64,000 bases of DNA. Origin: Eledone cirrhosa. Taxonomy: Eukaryota. Where the stretch lies: positions 86,862,001-86,926,000 of the forward strand of contig OZ024747.1 of NCBI GenBank assembly GCA_964016885.1, read 5' to 3'. The notes under the pieces are model-generated. The model was not told the origin of the DNA. It saw only the letters and a program-made list of their open reading frames with translations, and did not search any database. Within the stretch, counting starts at the first letter, position 1; every line of letters starts with the position of its first letter. Position numbers and translations under genes: made by a program. Below, piece by piece: positions 26,411 through 40,054 of this stretch.

Positions 26411-26416
<6 letters not shown>
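25967..26416. mobile_element. Family V inverted repeat (25967-26137 / 26240-26416)
   Basis: ATATTGTTATACTTTGGGAGGGTCATG...TTTCGTCACAC mirrored by GTGTGACGAAA...CCCAAAGTATAACAATAT, followed by (TA)n. Confidence 0.9.
26117..26159 (-). ncRNA. Minimal type I hammerhead ribozyme
   Basis: Minus strand GTCA-CTGAAGA-GGTCAC AGAATGT GTGAC-GAAA-GAAC-TT-TGAC. Confidence 0.75.
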
Positions 26417-26490
<74 letters not shown>

Positions 26491-28253
26491 ATTCCATTTA
26501 TGTTGTGTGGTTTACCAATGGGTAGGTCAGGAATTTAAAACACTTGACATTATGCAAATTGTCCATTATAAATGTAGTTTCCCGTAACTGGTGCAAAAAA
26601 GGAGTTAAATATTTATTCAAAAATAACAGGACAGACTCGAAATATTGTTTTAATGTTCCAAAAATACAATATATGTATAAATATGTCATAGAAATGCGTA
26701 TTACATTTTTGCAAAATTAGATCCCCCCCCCCCCCCACACACACATATACATACATATATATATATATATGTGTGTGTGTGCGTATATATATATAATTAT
26801 ATATATATATGTGTGTGTATAAATAGGGGGGGGGGGGGGGTCTGAGTGATAAAAGTAACTATTTGTTAGTGTAAAATATCTTATTAAAGTTTCTTGAATA
26901 ATAGCGGGAAAGGATTAGAGGATGTGCTGAAACGAACGTTTGTAACATCATCTAAAAATAAATAACTGCTGTGTGAAGTCTTAGGGTTAGGTACAAAAAT
27001 CATCCCTCTCATATCTGTCAATTAGGCTATTTTTATTGTTGTTAGATGTGCCTTTGAACTTTAAATCAAACCTCGATGCAAAAATAATCTCCGAAGTGTT
27101 AATTACGAGGCACTGTCCTACCCATCACCAGTACGTGAAAAAATATATAATAAAACTATATAAATGTCATTCCAAACACATCGACAGCAGTAATATTTAA
27201 TTAAAAATATTATTGATAATTGATAGCATACTTCCTGACATCGATGGATCAAAGAGCTGCGAACATTGGCTGAATATTATAGCCTATTAATGGCGTTGCG
27301 AATAATTTTCTTTATCAATTCTTGCAGTCTTGAACAAATCACTGCCAATTAATGTCAACATACAAGTACTGAATCAATTTAAATCCTCGAGGCTTTGAAA
27401 CTGCCAGCTTGGGAAATAATGGGAATTGACAAAATAACAATCTACAGACCACTTCAAGAATGCATGCCAAACTATTAGCGATCAATAGTAGGTCAAAGAT
27501 CAGCTAGAAATACTAACCAAATTTCCCTCTAATTAAACTCTTGAAAATATTCATGGCACATTTATTAACGTAGTAAAAAATATTCTGTGTCCGAAAGAAA
27601 AGTAAAGACAAAAAATAAGACAGAATAGGGATTGGCTGGAACATCTTCGAGAGTATTTTTGTGCGACCTCGATAAACATTTACAACTCCCGTGGTCTGTT
27701 TAGACAACAAAACAAAAACAAGCTTCAAGGACAGAGACTTGTATAAACAACAAAAGTAAACTGTACTTTAGGTAGAGTAGAATTTACAAGAAACATGAGG
27801 ACAAAGAACATTAATACATTTATTTACGGGAGTTAGCAGGAAAGGTGACACAAAAACAATGTACAAACTGTAGAGAGTGAGGTAAGGAATTTATCGTTGG
27901 GATCAATAGTATGACACCTGGAAACACACAGATCAACCCCGCTGAGTTACATATAGGTGGACACCCACTGACTCCATCATACAAAAGTGAGGAAGCATCC
28001 AATAATATCAGACACCTGTTCAGTGATATACTGACACTCAAGAATTATAAAATGTTAAATTCTCAAGTATCAAAGACGTAAACTATGATACACGGATTGC
28101 AATGTCCACCTTTAGCACCGAGTGGTGAGTTCAATATTTGTAGCTTAACGATTTTTAGTCTATCGATTTTACATAAAGTGGAAAGTATATATATTTATAA
28201 ACCAACACTGTTTGTACTGCACTCTTCGTTATTGTTTTCTTCTTTGTTTTTTA

Positions 28254-28415
<162 letters not shown>

Positions 28416-28913
28416 GTTCAAGACATAACAAGATACACAGATATGCAAACACTAATAAGACAAATTCTTATTAGTTTCACGCTTATTAGTTTCATGTTGT
28501 TGACCCGATCCTATGGGTAAATGACATTTGCCCAATAGGATTGGTATTTATTTTCTGTTTTGAAGATATCTCACTATGAATTAAGAATATGGAAACTTGG
28601 ATAGATTTCAGTGCACCTCACATAAAACAATGTTTGCAAAATTGATATGAAGGGCACTGCTCCACTTTAACTTTGTAAACCGTCATTTACTAATGGTTTA
28701 TAATGTTTGCTCAAGGCCTACAATTTATGGGAAGGATAATGTCGATTATATCGACCCAGGAACTATATGTACTATATGTCAAAGTTGACCTCGGCATGAT
28801 CTGAATTCAGATGGTAACGAGCCAGACAAATACAGCTACTCATTTGTCCAATGCTCTAAGGACTCTGCCAATCCACCGAACTGCCAAACAATATAATAAT
28901 ATTATTATCATAA

Positions 28914-29104
28914 GGGCGGTGGATTGGCAGTATCAGTGGAGCGTCGGACACCATGCTTTGCATCATAGAGTTACGCCCCTTTACGATCTGAGTTCAAATC
29001 CCACCGAGGTTAACTTTGCTTTTCATCCTTACGGAGTCGATAAAATAAAGTACCAGTAATGTACTGGGATAGTTGCTGGCCTTGTGCCAAAAGTAGAAAC
29101 AAGT
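28914..29104 (+). mobile_element. Full-length main-family SINE, between older diverged copies (~28710-28880 minus, ~29130-29260 plus)
   Basis: A-box, B-box, central domain and 3' tail all present. Confidence 0.92.
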
Positions 29105-31040
29105 ATTATCATTATTATCTATAGACTAGGGTATTCAATTAACAGAGTCGTTAGGGCGTAGGACAAAATGCTTTGCTCTATTTAATTATAACTTTCTACG
29201 TTTCGGGTAAAAATCCGGTCGAAGCCAGCTTTTCCTTTCTTCCTTTAGGGGTCGATTTAAAATATCGTTTATTAAATCGACTGCGGTCGATTTAATAAAC
29301 TTTCACCTCTCCATAAATTGCTGGCCTTGTGCCTAAATTAGAAGCATTTATTATATATAGCACACTCGTCTGTGTTTGTGGATTGAAGCTCAGATATAAA
29401 TTTATGGGTAAAGAAATAAATAGATTTGTAGATAGTTTTAAATATTTAAGAATGGCTAGATAGTAAGCCGAATGAAAGAATCTAAAATGCATCTAATCCT
29501 TAGAAAAGGTAATCAACCCAATTTGGCTAATTGGGTCGGCGTCTTATGGACTGAACGGGAATTTACATTAGATTACGAGCTCATGTGACTTTGCAGTCGA
29601 TAATTAGACTCAATTTAATCAGTTTACTCAAATTGGATACAAATTGTATTTCAATTAAGAAGGTTATAAACTGGACACCCTGTGTAAATATACCATATAT
29701 TTCCTTTGCTATACACTATTATTACCCATCTTGTATAAATCAATCATACCACAGTAACATAGTTCGTTTATCTCGGTGAGTACGATAGCTGCAAATTTGA
29801 ATGTTAAGTTAATAAGTAAGAGGTACCCAAACATTATTTCTGCTTGCCTATATTTAGCTTCATAGAAATATAGATAAATTATTCATTAGACACCTTAAAA
29901 GATAATATCTAACATACATTTAATCCCTTGCTGATCTCTGCCACAATAGCATTGGTTATTTTATATTTGTTTTTATATAGCTATCTTCAATTTCATATAC
30001 AATTTTGTTGCATATAAAATTGCTTACAACCCATTCAAAAAGTCTATTCGGCGTTTATATATAAACAATTGTCTTCTCTATTATGCATAATAACATAGCA
30101 TAGGTTCACCACTAAAATTACATCATGCCATCTCTGATTGCAATATTTTCAGGGTCTCCGTTACTGGTAGGAAGAAAGGAGGAATTTATTCTTTGACCAG
30201 TATCTTGGCCCTGGGCTCGCACTTGCGTTTTCTCTGTTAACGACACCCGAAGACCAGGTGAGAATGTGATGTTTAACAAGGAAAATGATTAAGTATACCA
30301 TTCATTAATATGTAATGAAAGAAACCTGGTTTTAATTTCAATGCATGCTATTAATACATTCCTGAATAATAGTGGAGACTCCTCAAACATTCTATAAAGG
30401 ATGTTCATATTTGCGATACCATTTTTTTCTATTGCTGGATTCATAATCTATATGTATATGGAGATGTGTCCATATATTTATTCTTCTTCAAATATTAACG
30501 GTATATATTAGTAATAACAGAATGGTAATTCAATACTCACTTCATGTAAATACTTTGAAGTTCTAAGACTTCAGAGCAAATCAAATTATTATAAGGTTAA
30601 TTCAGTTTTCATTTAACATAATCACCATTTACTGAAACCCCGCGAAACAAATGAATATTGTAATGAAAATGTCTGTTACATGAAAATGTAGCATATTAAA
30701 AGACAATAATATGGAGGTAGCAGTCTGACAGCGAAACAAAGTGAAATATGTGGTTATGATTGTATTAGAAACGTCGTGGAAATACAAATTAGAAATTCAA
30801 TACTTTAAGCAGTTATCTCATAACTCATAACAATAATAGGTGAGGGCTCCTTTTTCAAACGAAAAAGAATGCGCTTTGTTAGTAATTTCCTTTCTTTTAT
30901 GGAGTCCTAACCCCGAAATATGAAATATAAGATAAAAGCATAAACTTTTCTTTCTTTTTTTTATATTACTCTACACTATTTTCCATTCTTGTATTTCTAA
31001 AGTAGCGGCTTTTTCAAACCAATCCTTTTATCCAATATTT

Positions 31041-31081
31041 ATATGATGCAATAGGAAGTTCTACTTCCTATTGCATCATAT
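31041..31081. repeat. Perfect hairpin with 19-bp arms
   Basis: ATATGATGCAATAGGAAGT-TCT-ACTTCCTATTGCATCATAT. Confidence 0.9.
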
Positions 31082-32655
31082 TAAATCATTATGTAAAATA
31101 ATGACTGGTATGCTACTACTTTCGCATGTATCTGTCATTCGAAATGATGTTTGTCTTGATTTAGTCATAGACCAATCTATTTCTGATAATCAATAAACTG
31201 TTTGAAAATGGTGATTCATTGGCGAATCATCGGTCAAGAATGCTTTGTATTATTCAGTTAGATCCCTTTACGTTCAAATCTAGCCGATATCAGTTTTCAT
31301 CCTTCCGGGATCGGTAAAATTATGTGCCGGTCAAGTACTAGCGTTGATATAACTGACAATCCCTTCTCTCCAGAATTTTTGTGTGATCTACTTCTTAATT
31401 CTACAACCAAATTTGCTTGTTTGATACAACTACCGACATTGCAGTATATTCTCAAAACAAAGATACAACACTCAACTTAGCTATATATAATTTCGCTGAA
31501 GAAAAATAATTCAGGGTTCTTAGTAGAAGTTATATATGGTTTGTTAGCTTGGAGTTTGTTCCCCATCGTATCAACACTTAGTAAAACAGTATATACACAG
31601 TGATATAATACGTGAAGGCCGTAGAAAGGGATTCTCGACGGACCAAGCGTGCCACTCGGCTTTTATTCTAGGTTGTATTAATTTAACTTTAGTTGCATGG
31701 TTAATATTCTTGCAAATGAATTAAACACTATAGCTACCATTTTATCTTTCGCAAGGTTATTTCAATTCATGACAACCCAAAATACTTCACAGTAAATTCT
31801 CAAACTACTTGGACATCCTTGGGAAGTTATATGTCATTCGTGCTGATGGAAAACGTCTTTGGTAATACACACTAATGTTAAGTGTAAAATACACAACAGA
31901 TAAATTATAAATAATTTGTAATGTTATTCATACAACGTGTCTAAAAACATCTGACTGATAAAATGACAAGTCAGTCAATCATATTCGGAAAACATGTACT
32001 GGGATTGATATAATTACCTAAAATCTTTTCAATGATCACCATCGAATACCTGAAACATAGTCAAATAATAAGAGAATCTAATAAAAGAACCTAACAACAT
32101 ATTCCCCATGCCACCGTCAGAGAATAACAAAAGACTGTGAGGGTTAATATATTTCGTGTTTATAGCTTTCATATTAAACTAAAAAGCATCTGATGTACAA
32201 GCAATTTCTATAAACTTATATATTTTCCATCGTGAAGATATAAATTCAGATTGAATTATAACTCCAGACTGTTGTCACCCGTTTATTAAAAACCAGCACT
32301 AATCACCGTTAAGATCTGTCTCCGAATTATATGAGAAAAAAAATTCAAATAAATCGATATTAGACAAAATCATTTACATTACATATATACGTTATACAGG
32401 TAATAGAATTAAAAGGAACATTATTACATACACTTGTGGGTGTTAGATATCTGATAAACTCTACTGAATTACTTTATAATTTAAACTTCATATATAAAAC
32501 ACGTCGTAAAAACAGAGAAAATCATTTCAATTATATTTTGTTTTTGATATTCTAAAAGTAAAATAAGAATAAGAAAAAGCAAATGGTAAACATGTGGTAA
32601 AAAGTTAGTAATAAACGAAACAGGGATTGATGTATAATGGAAATACTTAATAAAT

Positions 32656-32840
32656 GAAGAAGAAGAAGAAGAAGAAGAAGAAGAAGAAGAAGAAGAAGAA
32701 GAAGAAGAAGAAGAAGAAGAAGAAGAAGAAGAAGAAGAAGAAGAAGAAGAAGAAGAAGAAGAAGAAGAAGAAGAAGAAGAAGAAGAAGAAGAAGAAGAAG
32801 AAGAAGAAGAAGAAGAAGAAGAAGAAGAAGCAGCAGCAGC
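32656..32840. repeat. (GAA)n microsatellite of about 58 units
   Basis: Direct reading. Confidence 0.97.
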
Positions 32841-33441
32841 ATTCTAAAAACTTGTATTTCAAAAATTGTGAAAAATAGAATGGTTTCCCAGCGAATGTTG
32901 ATTAATATCTTAATTTTATAAAGAGTATTAAAAAAGAAGCTAATTTATTTTTCAAGAAATACAAAGGAATCACGTCCACGATAAAATCAGTCCTGCAGAA
33001 ACTGATTTAGTTTGATCTTATTCGTCGATGTTATTTGCTTGCTAACAAATGTGTAGAGATTTTTTTACTTTGTCTCTATATAGTTTTCGCATTTTTTTCG
33101 TCTGTTTTTTTCTTCTTTCTTTGTGCGGTTATTAATACATATTTATATTTTAAATATTTTTCTTTTATGTTTTTTATAATTTTGTAATTATTTCCGTGTC
33201 ACTTTTTTCTTTTTGTCATTCTAACTATTCCCCTTTTTTAATGATATAAATATCGTCTGCTAAAAGATGTTACAGAAAGAAGAAAATCAAACAATAAACA
33301 ACAAAGAACACAATTTTGCATGTTAATAAGTATATATGTATATATACATACAGGTCTGGTTGGTGTAGATGTTTCCCTCTCAACTATTTGGTTCTGTGTT
33401 CAATCCGCTGATAGCACCTTGTGAAACGTCTTCTTCTATAG

Positions 33442-33733
33442 CAGTCATGGGAAACCTGCGGCCCGCGAAGCTTTCTGAATGGCTCGCCTAAGTCACCTAA
33501 GTGAAATCTCTCTGATTTTTTTTACCTCCAACTTTTCAGCCGTAATTTATATTTATATCATTTTTACGATCGAGGAAAACAACGTGTACCAATTCTGAAG
33601 AAACAAATCAAAACAACCTGAGTTGCCACCCTTTTTTTAATGTAGGCATGAATATAAATTAGCGCTTGCGGTCCGACTGATGATGAGCCATATCTCATGC
33701 GACCCGCTTCTCGAAAAAGTTTGCCTACGCCTT
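33442..33733 (+). mobile_element. hAT-type MITE inserted in a CORE-type SINE (about 33390-33792)
   Basis: 5' end CAGTCATGGGAAACCTGCGGCCCGCG; 8-bp TSD TTCTATAG at 33434-33441 and 33734-33741. Confidence 0.8.
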
Positions 33734-33814
33734 TTCTATAGCCTAATTTTGACCAATACCTTGTAAGTGTAATCTGGTCGTTGGAAACTGCAAATTATAC
33801 ACACACATACTCAT

Positions 33815-33845
<31 letters not shown>

Positions 33846-33869
33846 TATATATAATTTATTAATTCTTCA

Positions 33870-34488
33870 TTGAACCACAACGTGACCGGTTGCCACATAT
33901 ATATCTATGACTTTATGTATATGTAAATCTTTATATTTAATAATCTCCCGTTGGGTTGAGACACAATTGGGCGATATTGGGCTGCGCTTTCTAGCAACCA
34001 GCCTACCCCGCCGTAAGCAACTAATCACATTCTTTCTAACTTGACCACTGCCACGTCACGATTCTTAGCCATTTTTGAATTTATTTTTGGCGCGACCGCT
34101 TTGGAAAATTAACTGTCCAATCTTGAGTTTGTCTCATGAAGAGTCTGTTACTCTAGGTTCATCCTAACAATAGGATATCTAAAAATACGGACGAAACCAT
34201 GGTAGAGATGTAATTACGGTATGTACACGTTCTTTCTAAGTTTAAATTTACACCTAATTGTGTATGGTTGACGGTATATTTATTCAGTCTCTACATGCTG
34301 TTGAAATGTTGGATAAATACTCTATTGGGTCACCGCGAAGAGGCCGCTTTCGGTTATTTATCAAATATTTCTTCATAGGAGCCATTATTCTTATAGCCTG
34401 GTCTAATTGATTTTTTATATGGTTAATTATGCTAATTGGGAGAGGAAAGGGTATATATTTTATCTAATAATTCTAAGGACATGATTTA

Positions 34489-34490
<2 letters not shown>
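33870..34490 (+). mobile_element. PLE-like terminal repeat remnant ending at (TA)n
   Basis: Contains the HHR-like motif at 34132-34208; bounded by TA-rich tracts; boundaries approximate. Confidence 0.5.
34132..34208 (+). ncRNA. Hammerhead-like motif with extended stem II (C3A change)
   Basis: TCTC-ATGAAGA-GTCTGT...ACGGAC-GAAA-CCATGG-TA-GAGA. Confidence 0.6.
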
Positions 34491-34573
<83 letters not shown>

Positions 34574-34578
<5 letters not shown>

Positions 34579-34764
34579 GTTTCTACTTTTAGAACAAGGC
34601 CAGCAATTATCCCAGTGTATTACTGGTACTTTATTTTATCGACCCCGTAAGGATGAAAGGCAAAGTTAACCTCGGCGGGATTTGAACTCAGACCATAAAG
34701 GGCCGTAACTCTTTGCTGCAAAGCATGGCGTCTGACCCTCTACCGATACTGCCAATCCACCGCC
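34574..34764 (-). mobile_element. Full-length main-family SINE
   Basis: Reverse complement of the consensus. Confidence 0.93.
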
Positions 34765-34769
34765 CTAGA

Positions 34770-34920
34770 CATGGACTGAGTGCTCTACTATTATATATAT
34801 ATATATAATAGTAGAGCACTCAGTCCATGGGACGAGTTTGGTAGAAATAGTTCCACAACAGTTAATTCACCATACCGAGAACAAATGTTTGGCCTTATTC
34901 GGATCCTCAGCTCGGTCTAA
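34770..34920 (-). mobile_element. Short PLE-like terminus with inverted end repeat (34770-34829) and degenerate HHR (34874-34916)
   Basis: CATGGACTGAGTGCTCTACTATTA-(TA)n-TAATAGTAGAGCACTCAGTCCATG; minus strand ACCGAG-CTGAGGA-TCCGAATAAGGC-CAAA-CATTTG-TT-CTCGGT (G12C). Confidence 0.65.
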
Positions 34921-35959
34921 ATGGTCTTAGACTATATATATGAGACGTGTTGCTGTTTACGTTTGTGTATTCATGTCCTGTAACGTAGTGATTCAACTAA
35001 AAGGGGCGATAAAATATTACCACATTTGGTAGTCATTACTGATGTCGATAAGATTGACTACATCAAGGTGTTGCCCTAGAGTAGCTGCAGTCTAACGACG
35101 GAACCAATTTAGGTACAAATGATTACGTGTGCGTGTTTGCGTGTGAGTGCCTGTGTTTTAAGAAATATCGGGAACGGCCATATAGAAATCGTTTTATGGT
35201 TTATGATGAAAAATCATTCAAAAGCCATTAAAACATTTTGGCACCAATATTTATTCATATTTTTTAAAAAATTCGAAAATGTAAATTTATGGCTGTTTTA
35301 TCTTATGGAACAAAATGGTGATTAAACTACACAAATATACAAATATTATAAATACCATTTAATGCCAATATTCTGATCAAGGTGGAATTTAGGAAGGAAA
35401 AGCTTCCACTTTCAGGTATTTTATAAAGAAAATTGATTGTCAGATTGAAACGGGTGTCTAGTTAACCCGGAAAGACACAAAACAATACTTACGAGTTATA
35501 TCCTGTCATCCTAAACAATATTCCTATTTCTTTGACGAAAGAAATATGCACGAATCTTTACAATCCTACTATAAGAAATCAAGACCTAATATAATTCATA
35601 TAATTTCTTATTTACAACATAAGATTTTTTTTAAATCACCGAGTGATAAAATACTAGCCAGAGTTATGCGGGTTACACATAATTAGCTTCATTAAACTAG
35701 ACTTATCCTATCTCTCAGGTGGCAGATATGCCTTTAAACTCAAGTTGAACACTATTATTTTATATTAGTTCGATTTTGTATCCCTGTCTTTTTTATACAT
35801 ATAATTAACCTGCTTGAGAGCTTGGTCGATTATTCAGTTATTTGAATTTGCCACCAAAAGTATGTTCCTCTTAACGACTAATTTCAACTGCCCTCCTCTT
35901 TATGGAGTCGCGTATTTATACTATTGTCTGAAACTAGTATCCTTATCATTATGATGTGA

Positions 35960-36130
35960 GGTAGAGGGTCGGAGGCTATGCTTTGCAGCAAAGAGTTACA
36001 GCCTTTGATGGTCTGAGTTCAAATCCCGCCGAGGTGCACTTTGCCTTTTATCCTGACGGGGTCGATAAAATAAAGTACCAGTAATACACTGGGATAATTG
36101 CTGGCCTTGTGCCAAAAGTAGAAACAATTA
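35960..36130 (+). mobile_element. Main-family SINE, slightly 5'-truncated
   Basis: Match to the consensus. Confidence 0.9.
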
Positions 36131-36239
36131 TAATCATGATGTTCCAGTTGCACACGGGACGTAATATAGAAACTGTGCAGTCCGGGTGTATATATTTTAC
36201 CCACAGGAAACCGTTTATCTACTAATTAACAAAAGTTGA

Positions 36240-36330
36240 ATTAACAGCACACGGCTTTTGTAAAACCATCGAGTGTGTCGATAGTGGCCGGAGTTCTACG
36301 TATTAGACACGATTAACTTCGATAAACTTG

Positions 36331-36335
<5 letters not shown>
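36240..36335 (+). repeat. Family T short repeat ending at (TA)n; inverted copy at ~40095-40188
   Basis: AACAGCACACGGCTTTTGTAAAACCATCGAGTGTGT..GTGGCCGGAGTTCTAC occurs in both places. Confidence 0.75.
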
Positions 36336-36368
<33 letters not shown>

Positions 36369-36569
36369 TTAGTTATACTATTTATGGTTATGTAAACACA
36401 AAACCTTAAGCAGTTGTAAGTATTTTACACACACCCTAAATAGTGGTAGGCAGTAATGTATTACTACCTTATTACCAGTAAGTTAAGTAGCTCAATGTAA
36501 AAACATCAGATGATTTACAGAGTAGTTATATGAAATATAAGAATCAAAGAACTGTTCAAAACATTATTG

Positions 36570-36616
36570 TGCTTACAGCTGTTTCCTCCAAACCGAGGTT
36601 TGGATTCTTCGGAGCA
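36570..36616 (-). ncRNA. Hammerhead motif (U4C) with palindromic stem III
   Basis: Minus strand TGCT-CCGAAGA-ATCCAAACC TC GGTTTGGAG-GAAA-CAGCTG-TA-AGCA. Confidence 0.65.
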
Positions 36617-38059
36617 ATTTATTAATGCATGGACAGTTATATGACCTCCTTTTCAGCCGAGAGACATACCAATACATATTCAAACATTGATACATATTCA
36701 AACATTGTGGGTCAACATTCATTACAGAATTTAGAGTGGCAGTACACACTTCGAGATTACATTTATATTAATAGGTACAATCAAAAATCAAAGATATAGG
36801 TTAAAGTACAACATGAAGATAAGTGGTTATATAGTGCAAATGTTATATGTGTGGCACGCATGTGCGTCTTGTTTATATAGTGTGGCAGAGAGATATGTGT
36901 GGTAGAGGCACTTAGGTAGGTAAATAAGAGTGTTAGGTTGGTAGATCTGGTGGCAAAGTCTTTATGTGATTGATATAGTCTGTGTGTGGAGAAATATTAT
37001 AAGCATTAAAGATAGTGCAAGCCTTAAAAGTGTTATAAGTATTGGAGATGCACAGCGCAGGGATGTCAAGTAATTCATGTACTTCGGCATTTTCATGGTC
37101 AAGGGAGTGTATATTTCGATTATATGCCTTTCACATAATCCACGACAATCCAGTTAGAGATCGTAGTCTGGTGTTCTTTAGTTCGATACAGGAGGTTGTT
37201 ACGTTTCGAGAAACGCCATTGAATACCGGAAGTGTGTGTGTGGCTAAGGGGAGTTAATGCATGCGGGGAGGTAACTCTGGGGTTTCTATATCTAGCCATT
37301 AAAATGTGTCCCAATATAGACCCTAAACTCTATGGTGAAGTGCACCTTCCAAGAGAGACTTTTAAAGCATAAAGTGTACTAACTATAGAGTAGTTTAACT
37401 AAGTTATGCTGAAGGTGATCATATAATTATTAAGGTGGATTAACCCATCTTAAGGTGCTACAAATGGAAATTATAGATGATGAGCGAGGATTCTAAATTA
37501 ATGATCTCTGTGGTTGTAGTCTGCTCATATGACCAGGCGCGGTGATTGCAGGATTGCTTCAGGACCCAATGATCTCTGGTAAGATTTGGGTCATCGCTTG
37601 CTACATTGGATGTCGAAAGATAATCGTCCCCAGGCAGGCCAAAGGTCAATCCGCAGTCCTCGCGACCCCTCTCTGACCGTCAGATCATCCATATACGTAC
37701 AACCCGCACGGCAGTTGCATTGCATTCACTCACTGCGCTCAGCAGCCCGGTCCTACTGGTCAACAGCGCTACTCGATTAAATCATTTTACATCTGTCTAA
37801 GGAAGGTGTTTCCTCTGCCCAACACCATCCAACCGATCAATTCATGCTCAAATTACCCTTAGAGCGGTGTAGTGCCGTCCAAGTGGGTGGATGTTGTCAC
37901 ACCTGCCGTAGAGGTATAAATGGGTATATTCCCTGCGAAGGGTTCCAGAGGGATGTCGTTGTTTGTGTTATAATGGATCAGCTAGTGTTGGGTATGTAGT
38001 ATAGGGTGTGTCTCTGGTGTTTGATGCTAGATGTGGTGTTAGGTTCCAGTCCGACATTG

Positions 38060-38611
38060 CTATATATAGGGCTTAAAGTTTTGGAAGGAATGTCTGAGGC
38101 GGTGCTGGCAAGTTGCAAACACCTCAGATTTTTTGTTAAGTAGGTTACGGTTGGAGAAGATGATATTGTGTGTCTCTAGTATACAGAGGTTACAGAATTT
38201 ATTAGGTGGTTTGTACGAGGTCGCGCTGCCTATCACTTCCCATTTGAGTGTGTATGGTTTATTTTTAGATTTTAGATAGTGTATGTAGCTAGAAAGTGAG
38301 GTGGAGTTGGCTAGGCTGTGCTTTTTGAACGAGTGGATGTGCGAGTTATATCTGATTTTGAAGCAGTTAGAAGTGGAGCCTACATAGGTTTCTGAAGAGT
38401 TATTAGTCGTGACTGTGCATGAGTATATGACATCCTTGGTTAGGCATTTTTTATCTAAAGGGCAGGTTCTATTAGCTCTACAGTTACAATTATTCTGTGC
38501 GTTAGTCCGCTGGTTATAATGCAATGCGGAAGTCTGTGTGGTGGATATAGGATTTTGGGTGTTCGGGTTGACAACCCTGGTGTTATTACTTATACTAGTG
38601 TTTTTTTCCAA

Positions 38612-38617
<6 letters not shown>
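38060..38617 (-). CDS. C-terminal GIY-YIG endonuclease of a 5'-truncated Penelope-like retroelement (Naiad-like)
   Basis: CNCR..CPL...CL linker, VIY...YVG, FK.RY..H..SF, SLSSYI..LK, W, CNLCILE, LLN...E....CQH; open for 185 codons; the start is a truncation, not a true initiator. Confidence 0.88.
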
Positions 38618-39010
<393 letters not shown>

Positions 39011-39048
39011 AATATACGTATATATGTGAATAAATATATATATATATA

Positions 39049-39275
39049 TTAATTGTTTCTATTTTAGGCACAAGGCCAGCAATTATCCAGTGTATTACTG
39101 GTACTTTATTTTATCGACCCCGTAAGGATGAAAGGCAAAGTTAACCTCGGCGGAATTTGAACTCAGATCGTAATATTAATTGTTTCTACTATTGGCACAA
39201 GGCCACCAATTACCCAGTACATTACTGGTACTTTATTTTATCGACCCCGTAAGGATGAAAGGCAAAGTTAACCTC
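39049..39275 (-). mobile_element. Two adjacent 5'-truncated main-family SINEs (39049-39173, 39176-39275)
   Basis: Two reverse-complemented 3' halves in tandem. Confidence 0.9.
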
Positions 39276-39299
39276 ATGACGTATATATATATTCGTATA

Positions 39300-39747
<448 letters not shown>

Positions 39748-39815
39748 TATATATAGATATATAGATATATATATAGAGAGAGAGATATATAGATAGATAT
39801 ATATATATAGATAGA

Positions 39816-39859
<44 letters not shown>

Positions 39860-39860
<1 letters not shown>

Positions 39861-40054
39861 CGAAGGAAATGTGGTAAGGAACCAGGTGGACCATAACGCA
39901 CCAAAGTACTCAATACTTGAGGTAGTAGAGTGGGTAATAGGAACCAGTAAGACCCCGACAGCTGAGCTCAAGCCGTTTCGACGGCTAATTCTGGACTAGC
40001 CAGAATTAGCCGTCGAAACGGCTTGAGCTCAGCTGTCGGGGTCTTACTGGTTCC
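39860..40054. mobile_element. Family X copy with fold-back (centre ~39996)
   Basis: GGAACCAGTAAGACCCCGACAGCTGAGC...CTGG / CCAG...GCTCAGCTGTCGGGGTCTTACTGGTTCC; flanked by (TA)n. Confidence 0.85.
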
